DNA of 64,000 nucleotides from Eledone cirrhosa (Eukaryota). The DNA is taken from NCBI GenBank assembly GCA_964016885.1, contig OZ024748.1, positions 930,001-994,000 of the forward strand, written 5' to 3'. Numbering within the stretch: position 1 is the stretch's first letter; each line of letters begins with the position of its first letter. Position numbers and translations under genes: made by a program. Of this stretch, positions 50,085-63,535 are shown piece by piece. Under the pieces are notes generated by a model that did no database searches, was not told where the DNA came from, and saw only the letters and a list, made by a program, of their open reading frames with translations.

Positions 50085-50290
50085 TATTATAGAAATGACT
50101 TCTACAGGACTAGATCTGTTTCATTCATTAAAAATTATCAGGAAAGTTAGGACTTTCCTGATAATTTTTAATGAATGAAACAGTTCTAGTCCTGTAGAAG
50201 TCATTTCTATAATAGAATCAATATGCCTATACTCTACTAACGTATTGAGTACCTTTTTCTAACTGTGGTCATCTAATATACATTGGAAAG
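50085..50290 (+). mobile_element. Short fold-back element: 63-bp-arm hairpin (50085-50214) followed by an ACTCTAC..GTATTGAGTACC tail; probable pLTR relic
   Basis: One mismatch between arms, 4-nt loop; decayed core CTGATAA...GAATGAAAC; same family as 59707-59860. Confidence 0.6.
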
Positions 50291-50301
50291 CCATCCATTC
50301 A

Positions 50302-50338
<37 letters not shown>

Positions 50339-50402
50339 AGTGAAAAATTGAACGGGAACAAAACAGAGAGGCAGTACGAACAAAGTTTATTAGTTTCACG
50401 TT

Positions 50403-50466
<64 letters not shown>

Positions 50467-50772
50467 ATGCTTGCTCTTGTATACATACATACACCCTCAC
50501 TATATATTCACACATACATGAATACATTCATTTGAATAAATAAAGTTTGCATGTTTCTTTTTTCTTTGATTTACTTGTTAATATAGTAATCATTTTAAAG
50601 AAATCAAAACACTGTTAGGAGTGGGTTTCCTTCATATTCCTTCATATTCCTTCATCTCTCATTGATTGATGTTAAAAATATCTTTCTTTCAATTTCTTCT
50701 ATATTTTGTTTGCGATATTTTACTCAGATTCATCTCTCCGCTCTCCACTCTGAGCATATATATAAATATATG

Positions 50773-50819
<47 letters not shown>

Positions 50820-50826
50820 ATTTATA

Positions 50827-50873
<47 letters not shown>

Positions 50874-50906
50874 GTGTATATATATGTCTGTATATATATA
50901 TATATG

Positions 50907-50942
<36 letters not shown>

Positions 50943-51669
50943 TGTGTATATATATGTATAAGTGTATATATATATATTTATGTATATCCCTCCATGACAT
51001 TTGTGTAAAGAATTGTTGAAATGTATTAGGTTTGATAGATTTTTTTTTTAGAATAAGCAAATTAATTAATTAGAACAAAAGATAAGAAAAACTTTGGTTG
51101 GATTTCGATGTGGGTAAATATTATTTCTCCAAAAGTTCAGCCACAAAAAATTATCTCGAGAAGAAGAAAAAAATTCTGCATTATTGAACTTTTTTCACAT
51201 ATATTTTCAAATATATATAAATGTATGTGTATATATACATTAGATATATATTAGATATATTATATACATATATATATAATGTGTATATATATATGATATA
51301 TATTATGTATATATATTATATATATATATATTAGGTGTGTGTGTATATATATGAATGTATAACTTCCACTTTGATCATTCTCTGAGAATTATTAACACAA
51401 TTTTATTTTATTTTTTTGTTTTTTAGAGATAAACATGATTTTTCTGTGGAAAAGATAATATATGTTTAAATATATGGATTAATTATAAATCAAGCGTTTA
51501 CTGAGAAAATTCTTATATCGCCCCTTCTTTTGTAAGAGGGTCGGGTGTTAATCCAGAAAACAGTTTAAGATGAATAGTCAGACTTTTGTAAACAACTTTT
51601 ATTCAAGTCATTGATAATTATTTTATCAATTTAATCTTCTCAATTTAATATTTTATCTATTTCTCTTAA

Positions 51670-51915
51670 CCCTTGCTTTACCATATTTCAAATGAAAAAC
51701 ACTGCCTTATAACTTTCAAATCATTTTGAAAATAATCAAGAATTTGTATGCATTTTTAACTTTCTAATTATTAAGCTGATGTTTGTAACATAGCAAAGGT
51801 TCTTATGTAAAATTATGATGGAAGGTTTTTAAACATAAAAACATAAACATGTTGAAACAAGAGGTTTCATATTTTAATACCAGGGGCAGCTTCACTAGGT
51901 TTGGTATCAAAAGGG
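51670..51915. mobile_element. piggyBac-type MITE (same family as 8580-8828)
   Basis: TTAA|CCCTT ... GGTTTGGTATCAAAAGGG|TTAA; shared internal aaattatgatggaaggttttt. Confidence 0.8.
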
Positions 51916-52474
51916 TTAAAGAATTAATGTTAAAACTACCACCAATATGTCATTGAGGGATATATTGTCATAAATAATGTAATTAATCTATATATCTATG
52001 TATATATATATGTATTTATATGTATATATATATATATATATTTATTGGATGATTTATTTTTTCACTTTCTCTATATATATGTATATATATTTATACACAC
52101 ATATATGTATATATATATATATATTTATTGGTATATATATATTTTTTTATATTGTATCTATTTTTATATCTATATATTTTTTAAAAGAAAAATTTATATT
52201 TTCTTCCCTAGCAAACTAGCATCTATTTTTGCATTGAATCATTTACTAAAACCACTGCAATGAGCTTTTAAATGATTTATGTTATTTGGGGTTGTTTTAT
52301 TTTTTTTTTTTTTTGTTTTCTATTCAAGCTATTCATGTGTCTTTATTTATGAATTTGTTTGCTATAAAGAGTTTTTACTTTCTTTAAAAAACAACAAACA
52401 AACAAAAAAACTTTTTTATTTTAGTTTTATTTCAAAACATTCTTAAGTTTTGTATTGTCTTCTTTTCTCTTCAG

Positions 52475-54015
52475 AAAATTGTTGGTAGCCAAGGATCTAT
52501 CCTGCAGTGCACCACTGTGAATGTTAGCAGCAACAGTAGCAAAGGTGATGGCAAATTCAACGCCGTTGCCCAAAAGACTCCAGTGGTTCCGGCTGTTGAA
52601 ACTGCAGCAAAGAAAAACGATGGGCCTTGCCGAACAAGTGACTTAGAAGGAAGTGCAGTTAGCAGCTGTTCTGCTGTCAAGACAAACTGCAAAAAAGCTG
52701 GAAGTTCTGTCGGGTCAGTCAATGCTAGCTGTACTTTAACAACAGCTGGCTCAGTACGAAAGGACGGAGGTTTTGCTGGGAGAGGAAATAACGCTCCGCA
52801 GATTATTAACACTGGTTGTATTAACAAAGGGAAGATTCTCACAAGATCAACTGCGATTGTTCCCCCTCCTTTGAGACCTAACGATAATTCCAAGACTATG
52901 AGACGTAATTCAGGTTTCTCAAACATGAGACCAGTAGTTCCGACTCCCGGCAATATATTCCCTGGTTCTAATCCACCGAGGGTTCGAAATCCTGGAGCAA
53001 ACTTCAACAACCCTCGACCAGGCGTTTGTGTCCAAGGAAGCTTATATGGCAGACCAAATGTTCCAATGGGCAATGTGAGGAATGCAAGGCAGATGGGTAT
53101 GGTGAATCGTTTCAGTGCTCCACCGCCTCGAGCCAGTGGTGGGATCCTTGGGAGGCCAACAGGCTCTCAGATGATGAGACCCACATGTCCTGGAACTGGA
53201 AATAAGGCCAATCAGATGGTCATCACAAACGTCCCCACGAATATTGTGAATCAAAAAGTTCCTGGTTGTAACAAACAGAACATGAAACCAAATTCTAATA
53301 CCACTACCACAACTGCCGCTGTCACCACTACTACCACTACTTCAACTACTATCTCTACTACTTCTACTAGTACTACTACTATTAATAATGTTAATATTAA
53401 AAGCAATGTGACTTTTACCAACTCTCGAAACAAGACTTTGGTATTGTCAGAAGGGAATAGTAGCAAGGCCATCAACAGTGGTAAGAATTTGGTGAAAGCA
53501 AAAGGTGAAACAGGTAAAATGGTTAGTAAAATGAAAGGCCAGGTGAACGCAGCTAATAACTCTTCTACTGTTGATTTAGATGTCACTAAAAAGATGAGTA
53601 ATAATAATAAAAGTGGCAATGTTGGTGGTGGCAGTAGCAGTAGTGGTGCCACTGTAACAAGGTCTTCTAACAGCAGTCAAGTGAGTGTGACTAGTACTAG
53701 CAACAACAACACTAATAACAAATCAACAAACATTGTCAAAATAGATAGTAGTGGTCCAGCAATACAGCATGTAGCACCACCTACCAGCAGCTCGTCCATT
53801 ACCAATGTCAAGTTAATGCCCACTACTGCCACTACAACTACCATTTGCACCACTTCTGGCAGCATCCCTACCGCTACTACTACCACCAATAATACTACTG
53901 CTACTGCTATAAAACCAAGTCCCAAACCAAGTGGAACTCTTTCTACAAGTGTTGGCCCTATTGTAGCGTCAATTAGTGGAGAAACACAAACTTCAACGAC
54001 CGAATCTAAAGAAAA
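52475..54015 (+). CDS. GPATCH8: Penultimate coding exon (1541 nt; Asn/Thr/Ser/Gly-rich low complexity) of a GPATCH8/ZNF804-family gene
   Basis: Polypyrimidine tract and CAG acceptor ending at 52474 (tcttttctcttcag|AAAATT). Frame is open throughout (ORF 52517-54019). Donor AA|gtaagt at 54015/54016 is phase 2 and matches the next exon. Confidence 0.75.
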
Positions 54016-54798
54016 GTAAGTTGTAGTGTATTATATATATTTATTTGTTGGCTTTACTTGTTGCAATCATCCTGGGGCTCTACCTTAAAGTATATAGATA
54101 AATAGTAGATTTGTTGTACTGGGGCTCTCTACCTTAAAGTATATAGATAAATAGTAGATTTGTTGTACTGGGGCTCTCTACCTTAAAGTATATAGATAAA
54201 TAGTAGATTTGTTGTACTGGGGCTCTACCTTAAATATGTAGATAAATAGTAGATTTGTTGTACTGGGGCTCTACGTTGATGTGGGTAAATGGTTGAGTTT
54301 TTTTACTGGTTGTGGTGATACTGAGGCGTTACCTTAAAGTTTGTAGGTAAATAGTAGTAGTTTTACTGGTTGTAGTCATCCTGGGGCTCTATCTTGATGT
54401 AAGTAAATGGCAGAGCTGTTTAAGCATTAAATTTAATATTACGTCTTACAGTATTTGGTCAGGCTGATTGTGCTCTAAGTTTAAATTCCGTTGGAGTCAC
54501 ACTCTGCCTTTAATGTAGGATTATATATACACATAACAAACATTTGGTATATGTTATACCAAATGTCTGTTATGTGTATATAAAGTATTTAAAGTGTGTA
54601 TATTCATATATAAAGAACAGTGTGCTCATGCGTGGAGATGCTATAAAATAGAGTGAAGACCCTTAATGACAGGAAAAGAAGTTATATATTATTCCCCAGA
54701 AAACACACCTTTACTCCATGTTTGTAATATTCCTTAATTGTTTGTATTTCCTGTCTGTCTGGGATTGTAATTATCTCGTTTGTTTTTATTTAATTTAG
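54016..54798 (+). other. GT-AG intron (783 nt) between the two coding exons
   Basis: gtaagt ... tttaatttag boundaries; phase-compatible; contains a minisatellite and a short hairpin. Confidence 0.75.
54071..54400. repeat. Minisatellite, unit about 48-50 bp (ctggggctctaccttaaagtatatagataaatagtagatttgttgta), 4 good copies plus decayed ones
   Basis: Direct reading in the last intron. Confidence 0.9.
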
Positions 54799-57700
54799 GG
54801 AGCAACATCCATTAGAATCTACTGGTGCAGAAGAGGGCTGTGATGCATTGGATGACTGTGAAGGATCTAAAAGTGGGATTTCATTCTCCTTTCGGCGAAA
54901 AAGGGGACAAAAATTACCATCTTCAGTTCCGTTTGGTAAGGAAAGAGATGAGAAACTCTTACATTCTGGTGAGATGGAGCGAGAAGCTAAAGACAGTAAA
55001 ATGTTGGAAGAAACCAACAGCGTTGGGAAAGGTGATGTCGAGAAGTGTGAGAAGTCAACTGAAGACAAGCCAGCTACTAAAGACATGCCTCCTGCAGGAA
55101 TGCCATTCTTGAAGGTCCTCAACAAAGAACAAACACTGGAGCTAGATTGGCCAGTGGAGATGATTCAATATACAAAGACTTTGCCATCCATAACTTACAG
55201 CTGTAATCCTCTCTTCTTTGACTTCAGTGAATTACTGCCAAAGAATAAGTCACAGAAGAGTGGCGACGACGCTTCTAAGAATAAAGCCAAAAGTAATAAA
55301 ATGGAGGAGGTGTCAACTAGTGCAAAGGTGACGGAGTTAAACAGCTTGACAGCTGCTGCTAGTATGAAGGATAGTAAAGAGGAAAGTAAGTCTTCACTGA
55401 CAAGAAAGTCTAAGAAGAAGAAACGGAAATTGTCAGTCCAACGTCACTCTGATGATGATGAACCGAAGACGAAAAAGAAGAAGAAGAAAAAGCATAAGAA
55501 GAAGGAACATAAGGGTGAGGAAGGAGTTTCTGGTAAAGATGAAGGTAAGAATGTCTCTGTTGAAAGTGGAAAGAATAAAAGACATAAGAAGAAGAAGAAG
55601 AGATCTCAACAATGCAGCACCAAGTCTGACGTCGAGTTAGGAGATGGTGGAGAAATTGTTCGGAGTAAAAGTTCTCACAAAAGCAAACACAAAAAACACA
55701 AATCAAGAAAATCTAAGAAGAAGAGGCACAAAAGTGATGACTTTGAGAAGCATTCTCAAAGTGGTGGGGGCCATGAGACTGAAGAGGAAGGTACAGGTTC
55801 GTACGGTGGTCTGAAAAATAAACAGTTGAAAAGGAGAAAATCTCAATTAAAAAATGAATCTGGTAATATTACTTCGGAAGATGAGTCTACAGTGGTGCCC
55901 TCTGATAGCAAGGTTTTCAAAATACACAAAACTAAAGGGAAAATGATTGGTGTTGATCGAAGTGAGTTAACTGAGCCTGACTCTAAGCAGTCAGCTACTG
56001 TTGCTGCCATTTCAATGTGTGAAGATGAAAAACCTGAGTTCAGTAAGAAAAGACCCGGGAGCATTGGTAATAGTAATAATAATAATAATGCCGGTTCTTT
56101 ATTTGAATCTATGGACGATTGTAAGAAGAGTATCAAAGAAGAAGGTGTTTGTGTGAAGGCTGGTTCTAGCAGCGAATGGAAACGCAATTCAGGAGACACT
56201 GAGTCTCCTGTAAATAGCAAGAAGAAATTACCTAGAACCACCACAACTACTGCAACTACTAATACTACTGCTACTACTACAACTACTACTACTACTACAA
56301 CTACTACTGCCTGTATAAAGAGTGAGGACACGTGGAGTAAAATGGAAAATCTATTTGAAGCTCGCTTCGACCCACAAGGAAACAAAGCATCATGGGACAC
56401 AAGCAGTGACAGTGATGTTGAATCCCCTGTTAATGCATGTTTAAAGTCTAAAACCAACAACGATGGTTTTAAGAGGAAGAAGAGTGGTGATGGTTCCGTA
56501 CAGACTGATAAAAAGGACACTACTAAAAATAACAGTAACAATACTAATAATAGCAACAACAACAACAATAGTAATACTAATAGTAATAATACTAACAAAA
56601 GTGCTTTTTCAACGTCAAAAGTTGATGCCCGTATTGAAAACTATCATCAAAGCTCTGGAAGTGATACGGATCAGCCATCTTCCTCTGTACAGAAGAGTTA
56701 CAAGAGAAAGAAATGTTACTCTGGTGAGAGTCAGCACAGTGCAAGTCAGTGTCGGAGCAGAGAACATTCTTACAGCTCATCCTACAGCGACAGGGACTCC
56801 CATTATTCAGATAAATCGAAACACAGGCACTCTAGGTCACACTCATCCAGCAACTCTCGGTCGAGGTCACGGTCAAGGTCAGTGTCCTACGAAAGACATG
56901 GTTCTCACAGAGGTCGGCGATACTCCTACAGTAGTTACTCGGAGGATGACTATCGCTACCGGCGCAGACGCACGGCCTCGCGGTCTTGCAGCCGGCATCG
57001 GTCGCGAAGTCGCTCCAGCTCGTATAGTCGTTCTAGAAGATACCGATCCTATTCCAGTGAACACCGGTCATACACTAGCAGCAGTAGCCGATCGAGAAGT
57101 CGATCGGAGTCGCGGGGTCGTTCCCGCTCGTATTCCTACTCTCGATCACACTCCAAATCTTCCTCGTACTCGAGGTCCCGGTCGAGGTCACGATCATACC
57201 ACAAGTCTCACTCCAAGTCGCGGTCGCCTCACAAATCTAAGTCGGACTACCGACACAAAAGCAGTCCAGAACCCCGATACAGTTCTTCTTACTCGACCAA
57301 GAAATATTCTAGAAGTCTCCAGAGTAAAAAGAGCGAAAGTGATAAAAGCGGGAAACTCGACCCTGCCAAGATTCCTATGCCTGGTGATATCAAGGAAGGA
57401 GGGGGTGACCAAGGGGACAAAAATAAAGGGAAAAGTTCTGCAGGAGGAGGAGGAGAAAGTTTGACAAAATCTTCCACGTCTCAGAGTGAGGTGAGCACTG
57501 TGTCAAACAGTGCCACTGGTAAGGCTGACCCAGCTGGGCAGGGTAATGCCACTGAAGCGAAACCAAGCAGCAGTGGCTTGAAAAACATCCCATTGCCTCC
57601 TTTCCAGGTGGCAGAAGCTGCACAGGTAGCTCAGGTAGCCCACCTGGCGGTGCCTGATAATCAAACTCGTCCTCCACCACCCCCTCCGCAGATCATACCT

Positions 57701-58906
57701 CCGCCCCACTTTCCGGCGCCTGCCAGCGAGGCCCTCTTGCACCCGCTTCCCGACCTTTCACAGCCACCACCCTCTGCGGCCATCATCCCCAACTGCCCCC
57801 CTCCTCCTCCTCCTCCACCGCCACCACTCAACATGACCATGCCCACGCTGCCCCCCACGAGGATGGGGGGTCCTTCTTTGTATGGCCACCTTGGCCTTCC
57901 TCCCCGGGAGGCGACGCCAATGAATGTGCCACCCCCGCCACCTCCTCCCAGAACTCTGCCATTCACGCCCCGGTCAGTGACACGTCTGGAGCAGACCAAG
58001 GATGGCACCATCATAAAACCCTCAATAGAACCAAATATGCAAAGCCTGCCGATGCAACCCAGTTTACTGCCTTTAGTTGTAGAGGCTGTGGAAAAAGAGA
58101 TGACTCCGCCTCTTCCACCCCCCAAGTCCCCACCCCCCCAGCCACCGCCTCCACCCAAGAAAGAGGATGAGAAGAAGAGCTGTGAGGAGATCTCTCCCAT
58201 GCCTCTTCCTATCATCCCTCCAGAGCAGGCGGAGCAATACAAACACTTGCAGGAGATGGCCCAGAAGCATGCTCTGAAACAACAGAGACGTCAGCAGCAG
58301 AAGGAAACAGGCCAAGTTGAAGAGAGTGATGACGATGAGTCAATGGAAATGGAAGGGCAGGTTTCGGCAGTAGTGTCTGATGAAGAGATTGACGAGCAGC
58401 CAGGAATCCTGGCTTTGCCGGAGCCTGAACCTCAGCACTTACAGCAGCAGATCCTCTTACCTCAGGCGCAACACGCGGGTAGCCCGGTGATTGCTCACCA
58501 CCCCATGGTGCCGTTCAGCCAGCAGCAGCAAATTATGATCCCTCCAAGCGCGTTGCTCCAGTCGCAGGGCACGTTTCCGATCCAGGCCGGAGGTCCCGTC
58601 ATCGCCATTCCACAGATGTCGCACGGAGCTGCCCATCACCACCACCACCACCATCCACACCCGGCGTTGGCGGCGGCTGGTCACCACCACCACCACCACG
58701 CCCTCCACCATCACCTCCACGCCACTGCTGCCGGGCTACCAATAGCTGCTGCAACCCATCCATTTCATCATCAACTCATCGCGGCTCCCAGTCAACTGAT
58801 GCCCCTGGCTTCACCACAGCCAGTCCTCACTCAGATACATCACCCAGGCTCAATAATTATAGGTCATCAGGTATACATCCCAAGATTCCCCAGAGCTCCT
58901 ATTTAA
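54799..58906 (+). CDS. GPATCH8: Terminal coding exon (about 4.1 kb) of a GPATCH8/ZNF804-family protein with Lys-rich NLS-like tracts, RS domain, poly-Pro and His-rich C-terminus
   Basis: Acceptor tttaatttag|G at 54798/54799 gives AA+G=Lys in frame with the 1352-aa ORF. The motif PFLKVLNKEQTLELDWPVEMIQYTKTLPSITYSCNPLFFDF matches the conserved WPxE...YSCNPLxFDF block of GPATCH8/ZNF804A, and SGISFSF precedes it. The order Lys tracts, RS repeats, His/Ala-rich tail follows vertebrate GPATCH8. Stop TAA at 58904-58906. Confidence 0.85.
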
Positions 58907-59706
58907 TAATAATAAAAAAAATAATAATAATTATAATTAAAATAATAATTAAAGACATTGACTTTTTTTCCTGTTTGTTTTCATTTTGTCGAAAAGAAGA
59001 AAAAAACATAACCTAAGGGGACGTGAAAATGCAAAAAAAAAAAAAAATAATAATTATAATAATAATAATAATAAGAGATTCTAAAAATCTAAACTGACCC
59101 ATCTTATTTATACAATCTCTTGTAGTGTATTTCTACTGATGAAGTGGTTTCTTGTGTTTTAAAGACAAGGAATAATAAAAACAAAAATAAAACAAAACAA
59201 AACAAATAACACTTAAAATATGAAAAGAAAGACATTAGCTTGTGCTGTGATTTCTTCTTCATCCTAACACAGCTCAGGCCAGCCTAGCCCAGCTCAACCC
59301 AGCTCAGCTCAAACACAACCCAACCCAGTCGGGTCAGCTTAGCTGTTTTGTTTTAGTCATATAACCATGGTTATGTAATAAACATCAGTTTTAAAAAAAA
59401 TTGGTCATCAAATTTTTTTTTTTTCAGGTACCTCCCCTCTTTGACTCTCTCTGTATCTCTTTATCTCTGCTTTCTATAATCAATCAAAATCACTTGATCC
59501 CATCTCATCTCATTTGATTTTTGTAATGATATTTTGTTTTGTTTGTTGTTGTTTTCATCTCTCTTCTCAGGCCTGTTCCATGCTTTTCTTTATATTTTAT
59601 GTAAAATATTGTAAGTTCTCTTGCCGGGGGGTGTTATGATCTGAGACTCTGTGTGTGTATCTATTCCTCTCTCTCTCTATATATATATATGTGTGTGTGT
59701 GTGTGT

Positions 59707-59860
59707 AATATTTGATATAGAAATGGCTTCTACAGGACTAGAACTGTTTCATTCAAAGGAAATCAGTAGTCATGTAGAAGCCATTTCTATATTAAATATT
59801 GTATATACTCTACTATGTATTGAGTACCTTACTGTGGTTACCCCCGATTGAACCCGGGAT
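59707..59860 (+). mobile_element. Second member of the 50085 fold-back family (arms 59707-59734 and 59773-59800)
   Basis: Shares atagaaatg(g/a)cttctacaggactaga(a/t)ctgtttcattc and tactctacta..gtattgagtacc..ctgtggt with 50085-50290. Confidence 0.6.
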
Positions 59861-60239
59861 ACAAACATATATATATATACTGAAAAAATTAGCATGGTCT
59901 CTATATGAATATGACATGCACATTTATGAAGCGTTCCATATTTTTTCAACCAGTAATACACACAAACGCATATTCACACATACATATATATCTGTCTGTG
60001 TAAGAGATGATTTATCACTGAATTTTGATAATTATAAACAGAATATGCAGTTTATTAAAATTGACAATTCACATAAGTGACAAAGACAGAGACCAATTCT
60101 GGCCAGACTTGTCTCTCGGTGTGAATGACCCATCTAACCCTTGAAAGCATGGAAAATGGTGATGATATATATATATATAATGTGTGTGTATTCATTTTAT
60201 TAAGACTAATAGTGAGTCTTGTTACTCAGGAGTAACTCT

Positions 60240-60280
60240 CTGATGACCCTGTGATAGGTGAAACTCCAAAGTAACTATTT
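60240..60280 (+). ncRNA. Hammerhead core in a pLTR-like fold-back relic (60193-60330)
   Basis: CUGAUGA-CCCU-GUGAU-AGGU-GAAA-CU-CCAA-AG-UA; flanked by inverted arms 60193-60213 and 60274-60296, then AATAAA and TCTAC..GTATTGAGT. Confidence 0.5.
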
Positions 60281-60619
60281 AGCCTTAATAAAATGTATAT
60301 TATTAAAATTCTACGTCGGTATTGAGTCCTCTTTTCTCTCAGCCATCAACCACATACAGATATATATATATACACACATATATATATAACACAGATTCTT
60401 ATCATTATTTTGTACTTGTTGGATTATAGTTTGTATTTAATGTCATAATAATGTGAGGAATGTGATAGCTAGAGACACAGATGAGTGTCATAGCTGGAGT
60501 TACATCTGATGTGACTGTCATCCATTGTGACTAGTTACATGTAATGTGACATCCAGTCACTTCTCATGTGACATCTAAGGTCAAATCCAATGCTTTAACA
60601 GGGAAACTGGTATTTCTTT

Positions 60620-60865
60620 ACTTGTTTGTACACTTATTGTCAAGTGTTTGTCCACTTATTAACAATGTCTGTACACTTACCAACAGTCTGTACACTTATT
60701 GTCAAGTGTTTGTCCACTTATTAACAATGCAATTGTTTTGTTTGTACACTTTTCAAATGTTTGTAGAGTTATCAACATTGTATACTTATCAGGTGTTATC
60801 TACACTTACCAATCAAATGTTTTCTACACTTACAATCAACAGTATTTGTACACTTATCAATCAAC
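60620..60865. repeat. Degenerate tandem repeat, unit about 20-22 bp (tttgtacacttat...)
   Basis: Direct reading. Confidence 0.7.
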
Positions 60866-62163
60866 AATGCAATTGTGTTATGTGCAAGAAATACAGAAAC
60901 TTAGCACAGAACTAAACTACTTTATACAATCTGTTATTGTTGACTTGACCTTTCATCCCACTGGGGTATGTGGGGAAGGGCAATATCACTGATCTACTCC
61001 ACTATGAATAGCAGTGCAGGTCTGTGCCTAGTCCAATCATTTATTGAGAGAGAGAGAGAGAGAAAGATGTGATTTGAAATGATTTTGTAATCAGTGGCTG
61101 TCATTTCCATTTTTTTTACTATTGTACAGTGTCTATTCCCATAATATCTATGGAACTTCATAATTATTTCATACTTCAATGATATTTATTTGTGTCAACT
61201 GGCCTAAATAGCAATAGAATGTTTAAAAAAACTGTCTTCTTTGAGTCCCAAGGAAATGATTTTGGTCATTTGTCTTTCCAAAAACATCTTACAAAATATA
61301 TATATATATAGGTACATGTATGTATATATGTAAGTATATATATAAAATCAAAGGTGAACCAGAATTTGCACACCATAGTGATGTGGAATTGATCAGAGAC
61401 AATGTAAAAAGGACTACAAAAAATATCTTTATCCCTATGGTGCACAAGTTCTTATTCCCCATGTATGTGTGTGTATGTATAGGCATATATATATATATAC
61501 ACATACACTTCCTTTCCACGCTCTCCCTCTTTCTCTCTCTCTTCCTGTTATTTCCAAACATGAACTGAAAAAGAAAAAAAAATCAACAAAATTCCATTTT
61601 TCAACATTTGAGGAGAAGCCTGGAGAAACACTTTATTGGTTGCTGTACCCATTATTGCAGTTTTGCTTAATTAATTAATTTCAGAATTTTAACTAATGGA
61701 AAAAGAAAATGCTAACCAAATTACTCTGCAAATAATTTTTTTTCCCATTAAAAATTTTTTTTAATTGTTTTTTTTTTTTGTTTGTTTTTTTTAATTTTCT
61801 TTTGTAAACCCCCACCCCATTATATTTCAACTGTAATGATGTTCTGTGTTAAAGAGACTTGCCTAAACATCTCTTCCAGTTTCAGTTGTCAGTTGAAGAA
61901 CTGCCACTAATAATAACTGACTCTGAATTAGTGAACAGTTTGGTTTAAATCCTCCCACTACTACTACTATTGCCACTGCTGGAACTGGCAATATCTATCT
62001 AGGTATGTATGTGTATATATATATATATTTATATATATGTTCATACACAGAACAAAAGTGCTACCCAAGGTTTCAAGACCCAATGTTGACCATATCTCCA
62101 GAATACCAGCGGCATCAAATTGAGACCTACATTCAGGCACTTATGAGTTCTGTGTGAGAACAT

Positions 62164-62194
<31 letters not shown>

Positions 62195-62749
62195 ATATAT
62201 ATATAGTTAAGGTCATGTCAGTGGCTAGCATGTTTCAACTCTGGGTTACAGGGTCTTCTAACAGTACTATGGTCTGAAGACCGTGTAAATGTGTGAAGAA
62301 ATTCTAAAGGAAAAAGCCCCCTGACTCAACCTTGATAAAATATAAATCTCCTCTACTATGGTATTGAGTACTCATGTTCATCAATACCAATTGGATATAT
62401 ACATACATACACACACGTATATTATATATATATATAATGTGTAATCTTGAGTGGGTGGGCTGTATTGTCAATATTTCACAATAGTCTTTCATCTTCAATC
62501 TCATCATTTTAGCAACTGACTAGTATTGCAGATCATTTTTGGGTTATTTTATTTTATTTTATTTTTTTGTGCGTTTTTATTTGGCATATTGCCATTCACC
62601 CATGTGAAAATGAACTTTTTCCTGTCAAATAAAAACATTTGATTAGATGTTGGCTTGTTTTTCTTTTGTTATTGTTTTGTTAATTATTACTACTGCTTAA
62701 CCCTTTTTAACCCTTTAACATTTATATTACTATATATATATATATATCG

Positions 62750-62967
62750 ACAGTTGATCAACTTTCGTCAAATCAGACCGAGAAAACAATGTTCCCGTTG
62801 GTCTTTCCAATTGCTAATACACTCTATCGGTCGCAACTCCAAGTAGAAAGAGAAATGTGAAATAAAGTGTCTTGCTCAAGGACATAACGCATCACCCGGT
62901 TCAGGAATCAAACTCAGCCTCATGATTGTGAATCCAATTCTCTAACTACACAGCCACGCACATTCAC
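62750..62967 (-). mobile_element. SINE, same subfamily as 27508-27729
   Basis: Colinear similarity over about 220 bp. Confidence 0.8.
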
Positions 62968-63354
62968 TTACTTTATATATACTATTATATTTACTGTTGT
63001 ATTTTCACGGTAAAGGCTTTACCTCACTTGATTATCTCACATAATATTTTCATTACTCTATATTTATTGTTGTATTTTCATGGGAAAGGCTTTACCTCAA
63101 ATAACATTTACATTACTCTATATATACTATTGTATTTTTAATTATCTCACATAACATTTACATTATTCTATATATACTATTGTATTTTCATGGTAAATCT
63201 TTATCTCACATAATATCAAATCTATGAGATTTTTCTATTATTTATTTTGAGAACAATACCTTAACATAAGTATGAGTGGCTGGTTTGAACAGAAAGAGGT
63301 GAATGAATTCTGGCTGGATATAGCCAGTTTAAATGCTAAAGTGTTAAGGTGTTG

Positions 63355-63535
63355 CAGGTTGGCAGGGTCGTTTGAATGTCTGACAAATGCGTAACAGCAT
63401 TTGCCTGGCTCTTTACATTGAGTTCAAATTCCACCAAGGTCAACTTTGCTTGTCAAGTACTGGGGGGGGGGGGGGGGGGGGGTAATCAGATTTCCTCTCA
63501 CCCCAAATTACTGATCTTGAGCCTAAAGTTGAAAG
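63355..63535 (+). mobile_element. SINE, second family, decayed and interrupted by poly-G
   Basis: ttggcagggtcg...gagttcaaattccaccaaggtcaactttgc...caagtactgggg. Confidence 0.6.

Noticed and set aside
54071-54400. CRISPR-like array
   Set aside because: Units are contiguous tandem copies without unique spacers, in a eukaryotic intron.
56463-57464. 333-aa overlapping ORF and several antisense ORFs over the large exon
   Set aside because: Expected by-products of the Ser/Arg/Pro codon composition of the real frame.
62270-62320. CTGAAGA...GAAA motif upstream of the GTATTGAGTAC tail
   Set aside because: Stems I and III cannot be formed convincingly; used only as weak context.
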